From an uncultured virus (IMG/VR IMGVR_UViG_3300031420_000005) (Duplodnaviria; Heunggongvirae; Uroviricota; Caudoviricetes), in IMG/VR virus record IMGVR_UViG_3300031420_000005: DNA of 64,000 bases; one strand, 5' to 3'. The number at the start of each line of letters is the position of its first letter. Position 1 is the stretch's first letter. Positions 57,510 to 64,000 of the stretch are shown here, piece after piece. The notes below the pieces were generated by a model. It had not been told where the DNA came from. It was given only the letters and a program-made list of their open reading frames with translations, and searched no databases. Both the position numbers and the translations under genes were made by a program.

Positions 57510-57556
57510 TTGCGAGGCTGGCTCCGTCGTGCAATGATGGTTCCACACCACACCAC
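57510..57556 (+). promoter_or_regulatory. TTGCG-class promoter with CACACCAC element
   Basis: TTGCGA-N17-AATGAT-GGTTCCACACCACACCAC. Confidence 0.6.
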
Positions 57557-57584
57557 CGAATCTTCTCCTCGAAGGAGCATTCCC

Positions 57585-57887
57585 ATGGACATCAGCGGCA
57601 TCTACAACGAGACCCCGATCATCGAGACCACCGACCCCGCCACCACGGCTCAGACCGGCTGGGGTCTCATGTGGGTCGAGGCGAAGCTCGAGGACCTCAA
57701 GCCCGGCATGACCGTGCGCTTCGAGGACGAGATGACCACCGGCGAGACCATCGTGAGCACCCTGCGGATCGAGAACTTCAGCAGCGTGGAGGAGGCACTG
57801 GTTGCCGATGCGATCTACCCCAACGCTCAGGTCGGCCATGTCTTCAACGACTTCCGGAAGGTGAGCTACCTGCGCCTCGCCTACTGA
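57585..57887 (+). CDS. hypothetical protein
   Basis: SD AAGGAG, start MDISG. Confidence 0.7.
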   Translation: MDISGIYNETPIIETTDPATTAQTGWGLMWVEAKLEDLKPGMTVRFEDEMTTGETIVSTLRIENFSSVEEALVADAIYPNAQVGHVFNDFRKVSYLRLAY

Positions 57888-57920
57888 CCATCGAACAACT
57901 CTTGCTGAGCTCTCGGCACA

Positions 57921-57954
57921 ATGGCCCGGAGGGATTCCCTTCCTTCCGGGCCAT
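57921..57954 (+). terminator. GC-rich hairpin, possible terminator
   Basis: ATGGCCCGGA...TCCGGGCCAT; no U-tract. Confidence 0.45.
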
Positions 57955-57974
57955 CGAAGTGTGAGGAGTAGTCC

Positions 57975-58193
57975 ATGGGTAAGCGTGGAAGCATGGAGAT
58001 CGAGCTCTCTGAGGAGATAGTAGCAGTCCTCGGTGAGATGGCGATGAAATCGGGCTCAAAGAGCATCTTCGAGAAGCTCAAGCGCTCCGTCGAGCTCCGG
58101 CGGTTCCTTCTAGCCAAGATCGATGAGGGCAACGCCATCAAGCTCATCGATCCTGAGCGTCCGAGCGATGTGACTGTGGTCGTCTACTCCTGA
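57975..58193 (+). CDS. small protein, possible ribbon-helix-helix DNA binder
   Basis: MEIELSEE....L.EMA...G.KS pattern. Confidence 0.5.
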   Translation: MGKRGSMEIELSEEIVAVLGEMAMKSGSKSIFEKLKRSVELRRFLLAKIDEGNAIKLIDPERPSDVTVVVYS

Positions 58194-58204
58194 ACCTTTG
58201 GCCA

Positions 58205-58245
58205 TTGCGCTGAGCTCGATGGCCGTGTACAGTGAGTCTCACCAC
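58205..58245 (+). promoter_or_regulatory. TTGCGC-class promoter with CACCAC element
   Basis: TTGCGC-N17-TACAGT-GAGTCTCACCACA. Confidence 0.65.
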
Positions 58246-58272
58246 ATCCACTGTACTCACCTGGAGAACACC

Positions 58273-58539
58273 ATGGCAACCGCCGTCGCAGAGCTGAGCT
58301 TCGCCGAAGAGGTCCTCGCTCGAGCCAAAGAGTCGGACTTCACCAAGCGCGAGCTCACGAGCCTCAAGCGTGTGCTGGCCAAGAAGAGCAACGGTGACAT
58401 CCTTGAGGCGGTTCGCCGGCTCAGCAACATCAGCAGTGGGGTGGATGCAGATGCCTTCGTGGGGCTTCTCTACAGCCTCACTGACACGCAGCTCTCAGAT
58501 TTCGAGCGCACCCTGAAGGTCATCGACGGCTGGGACTGA
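58273..58539 (+). CDS. hypothetical protein
   Basis: SD GGAG, start MATAV. Confidence 0.7.
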   Translation: MATAVAELSFAEEVLARAKESDFTKRELTSLKRVLAKKSNGDILEAVRRLSNISSGVDADAFVGLLYSLTDTQLSDFERTLKVIDGWD

Positions 58540-58647
58540 GTTCCTGCTATCAGCTGATACCCATCTGCTCGGAGGCGTCCCTCGTTCGACTCTAAGCGGC
58601 CTGCGAGGGGCGCCTTTCTCACGGCTGACAAGTCCTGAAACTGATGG

Positions 58648-58694
58648 TTGCGGTCCTGGGCTAGAGGTGTAATGTGGTTTTCACACCACACCAC
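58648..58694 (+). promoter_or_regulatory. TTGCG-class promoter with CACACCAC element
   Basis: TTGCGG-N16-TAATGT-GGTTTTCACACCACACCAC. Confidence 0.6.
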
Positions 58695-58717
58695 AGATCG
58701 AAACGGGAAACCAGCTC

Positions 58718-58981
58718 ATGGACATCAACATCACCGACTCCGACCGCATGGAGATGCACCGCCTCGGCAAGGAGGCCATGGACCAGGAGGGCGTCATCGG
58801 CGGGAAGCCCGTCGCTGCAGCTGCGGAGCTCATGCTCACGGCTAACTACGCGGAGCAGAAGGAGCTCAAGGGTGAGTTCATGACTGGCCTGACCCTGGGC
58901 GCCTACTACACCGAGAACCGCGCCATGAAGACCCTCCTCGTCCTCGGCAACAACATCAGTCGCCGAAGCTCTGCCGCCTAG
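58718..58981 (+). CDS. hypothetical protein
   Basis: Codon bias, 87 aa. Confidence 0.65.
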   Translation: MDINITDSDRMEMHRLGKEAMDQEGVIGGKPVAAAAELMLTANYAEQKELKGEFMTGLTLGAYYTENRAMKTLLVLGNNISRRSSAA

Positions 58982-59021
58982 GACGCAGCTACTCCACTCT
59001 CAACCACCGAAAGGATCACCC

Positions 59022-59333
59022 ATGGTTTCCAAGAAGCTCCTCATGCTCAGTGCTCTCGCACTCACTCTTTCCCTCGGCCTCGTGGGCTGCAGCGAGACCA
59101 CCGGCGACCGGGATGGAGGCGCAGGCAACAAGGCGGACAGCTACGCCGACGCCACCAATGTGAAGGTCTTCAAGAACGCGGACAGCGTGCCCAATGTGGC
59201 CTTCTTCTGCCTCGGTGACACGGGTTGGGCATCCACGCTCTCAGGTTCCGATGCGGGCGAGAACAAGGCGGCTACTCTGGTCCGCAACCCGGACTACGAC
59301 TCGACCTGCACGGGCGTTTCAGAGCCCAAGTAA
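59022..59333 (+). CDS. lipoprotein
   Basis: Lipobox LVGC. Confidence 0.8.
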   Translation: MVSKKLLMLSALALTLSLGLVGCSETTGDRDGGAGNKADSYADATNVKVFKNADSVPNVAFFCLGDTGWASTLSGSDAGENKAATLVRNPDYDSTCTGVSEPK

Positions 59334-59514
59334 CCGCGGGAGCACTGCTGTAGCCTAGCTCAAAATCTTCGGGCAAAGTTGCAGTAGGCATCGTCATGAG
59401 TTTTTAGATACCATCGCCGAATACACCCGCTATCCTGACCGGGAAGGCGCGCTCAAGGGAGAGACGCTCGAAGGTCGCCTAGCCAACCGCGGGTGGGGGA
59501 AACGGATCAGAACC

Positions 59515-59847
59515 ATGAGCAACGAGGTTGTAGCCTTCAGAGGGAAGCTCGCACCGGTAGATCTCCAGGGCAAGACAGTCGACAGCTGGATTCAGGAGAG
59601 GCTCGGCACGAGCTACCTCGACGGCTCCTACCGGAACTGGGCAGAGGCACTCGAGGATGAGTGCTACGGCCAGTACCTCTTCCACGAGGAGACCGGCAGA
59701 CTCTACGAGGTGCAGCGAGAGAAGCTGCAGCCCGAGGGCTTCGTGCAGTCCACCACCAATCCCGACGGCACCATCGACTTCGTGATGAGCTACTACGGCG
59801 ACAGTGCTCGGTTCCGGGACTTCGCTGGGGGTATCCTCGCCCACTGA
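59515..59847 (+). CDS. hypothetical protein, paralog of 63723-64000
   Basis: W.EAL....YG.Y......LYE.QRE.L.P.GFV....N.DG..DF..SYY. Confidence 0.75.
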   Translation: MSNEVVAFRGKLAPVDLQGKTVDSWIQERLGTSYLDGSYRNWAEALEDECYGQYLFHEETGRLYEVQREKLQPEGFVQSTTNPDGTIDFVMSYYGDSARFRDFAGGILAH

Positions 59848-59948
59848 GGCCAGAGGGATCATTGCGGATTCCGTCGAATCCGTGTAGGATTGGCGACGGA
59901 GTGTGATCAGATGCTCCATCGCCATTCTGCTACCCAGAGGAGTCTTTC

Positions 59949-60431
59949 TTGGCCGAATCAGCTGAAGTAGCCCAGCCCGTAGTCGGAATCTGGCAGTTCG
60001 TCGAGACCAACGAATGGGAGGGCGAGAGGTGGACGAGCTTCTTCGAGGTCACCGATCCCGAGGTTCAGGCAGCCCTTGAGGAGCTTCGACCGATGGTCAA
60101 CTCCGAGGACATGAGCTCCTACAAGCTCCTCCCCATCGACAGGATGCCCGCAGAGGATGAGCTCGACGACGGCATGCCCACCGAGTGCGACTTCGACATG
60201 GAGGATGGCGAAAGCTGTGGAGACTGCGGCTACTGCTGTGGCTACGAGCCTTACTTCCCTCCTGAGTCGATCTACGGCCCTCCCAACCTCTACCGGGTTC
60301 GCAAGGCCGTCGACTTCTGGAGCGACCCCAAGGAGGCCGAGAGCAGGAGGCTCTCTGATCCGCTCTACAAGTTCGGTCTCTACGACGACGAGCCTAAGCC
60401 TCAGTTCGTCAACGGTCGCTACACCTACTGA
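59949..60431 (+). CDS. acidic protein with Cys insert, paralog of 60550
   Basis: NEWEGERW..FF...DPEV; CGDCGYCC; DPLYKFGL. Confidence 0.7.
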   Translation: MAESAEVAQPVVGIWQFVETNEWEGERWTSFFEVTDPEVQAALEELRPMVNSEDMSSYKLLPIDRMPAEDELDDGMPTECDFDMEDGESCGDCGYCCGYEPYFPPESIYGPPNLYRVRKAVDFWSDPKEAESRRLSDPLYKFGLYDDEPKPQFVNGRYTY

Positions 60432-60549
60432 GTAGATCACAGCTCCGGGAACTGAATTCGGGGAGCTCCGCGTTGGAGCCTGAGCCGTCGGTACCGTGGC
60501 TCGGAGGCGGCAGGAGCCTTTCCACAGACTGAGCGCAGGAGGATTCACC

Positions 60550-61011
60550 ATGGCAACTCCAGAGAACACCGACAGCGACATCGAGCGCTGGGGCGACGAG
60601 GGCGGCTCGAGTGCAGTCGAGCTCGATGCTTCCAGCGACGGCACCTCCGGCTCGCCGAGCCGAGCTTGGACCTTCATCGAGGACAACGAGTGGGAGGGCG
60701 AGGAGTGGACCGTGTTCTTCTCCAGCAGCGATCCCGAGGTCAACGAGAAGATCGAGCAGCTCGAGGAGTACATGGAGGCAGACTCGGACGAGTCCCCCTA
60801 CGACCTCTACGAGATCGAGGATCTTCCCGATGAGGATGAGCTCGAGGATGACGAGGACGGATCTGGCTACTACGCCCCCGAGGCTATCCGAGAGCTCGTG
60901 GTGCGGAAGCTCGATGTGGCGCTGGAGTTCTTCGCCCAGGGCGGTCCTGAGAACACTGAGCTCACCGATCCTCTCTACAAGCTCGGACTCTTCGACGAGA
61001 ACGACCGTTAG
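60550..61011 (+). CDS. extremely acidic protein, paralog of 59949
   Basis: SD AGGAGG; NEWEGEEW..FF...DPEV; DPLYKLGL. Confidence 0.75.
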   Translation: MATPENTDSDIERWGDEGGSSAVELDASSDGTSGSPSRAWTFIEDNEWEGEEWTVFFSSSDPEVNEKIEQLEEYMEADSDESPYDLYEIEDLPDEDELEDDEDGSGYYAPEAIRELVVRKLDVALEFFAQGGPENTELTDPLYKLGLFDENDR

Positions 61012-61166
61012 GCTTCCCTAGGACGCCACCCGAAGGCTGTAGCTTCGATGCTCACGGCCTTCGGGCGGCCTCTTGTATCGATGCACGGTTGAGCTCATTC
61101 GAGGGCTTAGAACAGACTCTAGCGCCGGATCGATAGTGGGCCCCACGGTTCGGCCGACAGTGTACG

Positions 61167-61565
61167 ATGAGCTCCGAACCCAATGAGGAGAACCCCTTGG
61201 CAGATAGCCAGAACCCCGACGGCAAGGACCGGAAGGACAAGGACAGCGACCGGACCCTGGATGGAAAGCTCGTCCAGTACCGGAGTCCCCGCCAGTACCG
61301 AGCCTCCCACCGGATCGCTGTGCTCAACCTGCTGACCATCCTCCTGGCCTTCCTCTCGCTCTTCCAGGTGGGCAAGGCTCCTCAGTTCGTGCTCTTCTTC
61401 TCCATGCTCTCCCTGGTGCTCTTCCTCATCCAGGCACTGATCCCCCGCACCATCGATGGGGAGAATCGCTGGCTCAAGTGGAGCCCCAAGAACATGATCC
61501 TCTCGGTGGGCGCGCCCGTGATCTTCTCAGCCTACGCTGTGATCGTGACGGTGCTCGCTCGCTAG
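61167..61565 (+). CDS. 3-TM membrane protein
   Basis: Hydrophobic segments. Confidence 0.7.
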   Translation: MSSEPNEENPLADSQNPDGKDRKDKDSDRTLDGKLVQYRSPRQYRASHRIAVLNLLTILLAFLSLFQVGKAPQFVLFFSMLSLVLFLIQALIPRTIDGENRWLKWSPKNMILSVGAPVIFSAYAVIVTVLAR

Positions 61566-61603
61566 CGGTTGCAGCCTGTATCCAGTCGGTGTACAGTTGA
61601 TCC

Positions 61604-61963
61604 ATGCTCACCATCAGCGATCTCATCTTCGACTACCGAGTCGGCTTCCACATCAAGGAGGCCTTCCTGGAGCTCATGGAGCGTGAGGGTGTCCACTCGG
61701 ATCTTCCGGTGCTGAAGCCCACCGCCAGCAACGATGATGTGAATGGCTCACAGCATGTGTCCAACGGTGGCACCGACTTCGGCTACGATGACGCCACCGT
61801 GGACGATGTGGTGGATGGCTCTACCCTGGGCTACTACGAGTACTTCGCGGAGAGCTACGGAAGCAGCGGGAGCTACACGGGCCACTCCTACGAGGGCTCC
61901 GGCTCGCGCTTCGCCGCAGTCGTGGTGGACCCGCCGGCCTACGCCGCCACCGTGAGCTACTGA
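61604..61963 (+). CDS. hypothetical protein (probably leaderless)
   Basis: TTGCAG-17-TACAGT-tgatcc-ATG. Confidence 0.7.
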   Translation: MLTISDLIFDYRVGFHIKEAFLELMEREGVHSDLPVLKPTASNDDVNGSQHVSNGGTDFGYDDATVDDVVDGSTLGYYEYFAESYGSSGSYTGHSYEGSGSRFAAVVVDPPAYAATVSY

Positions 61964-61984
61964 GTAGCACCCCTACCCAGAGAC

Positions 61985-62031
61985 GGGGCTAGGAGCCGGA
62001 ATCTTCAGCGTTCCGACTCCTAGCCCCTTTT
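61985..62031 (+). terminator. Intrinsic terminator between convergent genes
   Basis: GGGGCTAGGAGCCGGAA...TTCCGACTCCTAGCCCC-TTTT. Confidence 0.75.
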
Positions 62032-62042
62032 AGCAGCTGTGC

Positions 62043-63530
62043 TCAGCCTCCAGCGTGGATACCCCTGAAGAGCTGCTCTCCGTTCCAGCGATGCTCGTCC
62101 CGGGACTTCCAGCAGAGCTCCATGTCCTCGTTGGGATGAGCGGGGTTGAGATCCCTCCAGAACCAGTCGTCCCGGGCAGTGAAGCTGTTGCGGAGATCCT
62201 CGGGGAAGCTCTCAAAGCGCTCGGTGACTTCGGGTTCGACCTCCTCGATCCAGAGTGCGAGGGCCTTCAGGCCCAGGTCCCCGTCCGTGGTTCCCTCGAT
62301 GAGCCAATTCTCTCCATCCTCGCCGAGGTCCCAGACCACGACCTCATCCAGGGTCTCGCGCTCCGGGAGGGTCACACCATCGGTCCAGCCCTTGAGCACG
62401 GCTGCAAGCTTCGGCTCCGTGGGCTCAGGAGCTCCAGTGCTGCTCCACCAGATGCGCCTGAAGATGCGCTCCAGCCGGTAGGCTTCCTGGGCAGCCTCAG
62501 CCACGAGCTCGGGGGTGACCAGGTGATCGTAGGTCACGGTCTGCCAGTAGGTCGGGTAGAGCTCGAAGAGCTCGGAGAGCTGAAGCTGACCGGCCCTGAT
62601 GGAGTTGGCCCAAATTCGGAGGATGGGATTACCCCAAGTGGGGTGCTCGACGAAGCGCATCCGAGAGAAACTCACGCCGATCTCATCCCTCTGGCCACTG
62701 GGACCTCTCCGGTGCTTTGCGAGGTTCAGGGAGAGGATGTCCTCATCTGACCTCTCGGTGGAGCGCCGGTGGAGGAGAAGCACCTGGTCGGCGTCCTGCT
62801 CAAGGGCACCGGTCCACCGGATGTCGCTGAGCTTCGGCGGATACTCTTCGCCGATGAATCGATTGAGCTGAACAGTCACCAGAACGGCCACACCGAGCTC
62901 CAGGGCCAGGAGCTTGAGATCCCGGGAAACGGCGGCGAACTTCTCCTGTCTAGACGCACCTGTGGCTTCGAGGGATGGCATGATGAGCTCGAAGTAGTCC
63001 ACGACGATGAGATCGAGGCCTCTCTCGCTACCGATGAGCTCCAGGGCACGGGCTCGGATGTGCGCTACGGTCTGGCGAGGATCGTCGTCCAGGGTGAGCG
63101 CGAGCTGGCTCAACGCCCAGCGCGCATCTCGAATGAGCCGGCCTGTGTAGGGATTGGTCTCTCTGGCTTCTTGCTTGACCTCGGGAATCGTCAGGGAGGT
63201 CTTCGAGGCGATCATCCGCGCAAGGAGCTCATCCGCACTCATTTCAAGGCTGGAGAAGAGCACGGACTTGCCAGCCTGGAGGGCGCCGAGGGTGCTCTGG
63301 ATAGCGAAGGCTGACTTGCCGTCTCCGGGGCGAGCGGCGATCAGGGACAGGCCACTGGGCGTCCACCCTCCGGTCCACTCGTCGAGCATGGAGAACCCGG
63401 TGGGGACACCGATGGGCTTTCGAACGAAGGCGGATCCCTCTGAGACCTCTCGGAGTGCGCGAGTGTAGCTTCCAGCTCCGGCTTCCTTGCGGCGCCGGGC
63501 TTCCAGCTTCTGTCGTCTGTTCTTGGTCAT
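62043..63530 (-). CDS. dnaB: DnaB-like SF4 helicase domain with N-terminal basic tag and extra C-terminal domain
   Basis: GVPTGF..LD, ARPGDGKS, SLEM, VDY, QLNR, SDIR..GALEQDAD; normal DnaB N-terminal domain absent. Confidence 0.85.
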   Translation of the reverse strand: MTKNRRQKLEARRRKEAGAGSYTRALREVSEGSAFVRKPIGVPTGFSMLDEWTGGWTPSGLSLIAARPGDGKSAFAIQSTLGALQAGKSVLFSSLEMSADELLARMIASKTSLTIPEVKQEARETNPYTGRLIRDARWALSQLALTLDDDPRQTVAHIRARALELIGSERGLDLIVVDYFELIMPSLEATGASRQEKFAAVSRDLKLLALELGVAVLVTVQLNRFIGEEYPPKLSDIRWTGALEQDADQVLLLHRRSTERSDEDILSLNLAKHRRGPSGQRDEIGVSFSRMRFVEHPTWGNPILRIWANSIRAGQLQLSELFELYPTYWQTVTYDHLVTPELVAEAAQEAYRLERIFRRIWWSSTGAPEPTEPKLAAVLKGWTDGVTLPERETLDEVVVWDLGEDGENWLIEGTTDGDLGLKALALWIEEVEPEVTERFESFPEDLRNSFTARDDWFWRDLNPAHPNEDMELCWKSRDEHRWNGEQLFRGIHAGG

Positions 63531-63676
63531 GGGACTACTCAACTCTCTACAGCTCTACCCACGCCTGGCTGCTTGAAGGAGCAGATACCAGAGACCCATA
63601 GGATTCAGGGAACCTTGTTCTTGGGGGCTCACCGCGTGGGAGTGAAGCTGCGAAGACAGGCCGCTATGGGCAGCCA
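63531..63676 (-). ncRNA. Structured kissing-loop leader RNA, copy E
   Basis: After TGtTAGCAT (minus strand, 63691-83); GGCTGC/GCGGCC hairpin; loop CCCACGC (63640-34) in a TTCAC/GTGAG stem complementary to GCGTGGG (63564-58). Confidence 0.65.
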
Positions 63677-63722
63677 GGTCCCATGCTAACACACTGGCTG
63701 CAGTCTGTGCACTCCTCGAAGC

Positions 63723-64000
63723 TCAGAGAGTAGGCAGATTCAGCTCTCCCTGGCCGACAACCTCGTCCATGACCTCGCCGAAGCTCGCGCCACCGTTGTA
63801 GTAGCTCACGAGGAAGTCGAAGCTCCCGTCGAGATTGCGCTTCGAGTGGACGAAGCCGTTGGGATCGAGTCGCTCTCGCTGGATCTCGTAGAGAGTCTCG
63901 CTGCTCCGGTCGTAGTAGTAGGAGCCGTAGAGATCCTCCTGGAGGGCTTCCAGCCAGCTGGACTCGTAGTCCTCGAGCTCGCTGCGGCCGATGCGCTTCT
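63723..64000 (-). CDS. hypothetical protein (partial), paralog of 59515
   Basis: Hand translation ...WLEALQEDLYGSYYY...LYEIQRERLDPNGFV...NLDGSFDFLVSYYNGG...*. Confidence 0.75.
   Translation of the reverse strand, partial: KRIGRSELEDYESSWLEALQEDLYGSYYYDRSSETLYEIQRERLDPNGFVHSKRNLDGSFDFLVSYYNGGASFGEVMDEVVGQGELNLPTL

Noticed and set aside
58572..58620. tRNA-like element (contains GTTCGA)
   Set aside because: Forms a single hairpin GGAGGCGTCCCTCG/CGAGGGGCGCCTTT with no cloverleaf; more likely a terminator. No tRNA or rRNA was recognised in the window.
1..64000. Stop-codon (TAG) reassignment suggested by many short ORFs and frequent CTAG
   Set aside because: TAG-terminated genes end at positions comparable to their TGA/TAA paralogs and are followed by new SD/ATG starts; coding density is high with the standard code.
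1..64000. Firm call of phage versus plasmid
   Set aside because: No capsid, terminase, tail, relaxase, T4SS, Rep or Par genes were recognised in this window.

Overview
High-GC (roughly 60-65% by eye), gene-dense accessory region of a large actinobacterial-type mobile element. It could be a jumbo phage or a megaplasmid: there are no virion, conjugation, integrase or housekeeping genes here to decide. Nearly all genes are on the + strand, short, often translationally coupled and hypothetical, and many sit in tandem paralog arrays. Recognisable products are endonuclease IV, a DnaB-like helicase lacking its N-terminal domain, an ATP-grasp protein, a stand-alone class II aminoacyl-tRNA-synthetase-like domain beside a MazG-like protein, a PNK-like kinase, a HAD phosphatase, a 2H phosphoesterase, a GNAT, two other P-loop proteins, CHC2 zinc-finger proteins and several lipoproteins. 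The most striking signal is a module present five times: an extended -10 promoter, a ~150-200 nt structured leader whose two hairpin loops are complementary with compensatory changes between copies (CCCTGCGC/GCGCAGGG, CCCGCGC/GCGCGGG, CCCACGC/GCGTGGG), and a ~30-aa basic N-terminal peptide (K..R...Y..AL/R) fused to unrelated cargo domains. Also seen: apparent window-wide avoidance of ACGT, an AT-rich one-gene cassette flanked by a 13-bp direct repeat, and a promoter class carrying a CACACCAC element. All calls were made by eye, with no database searches.
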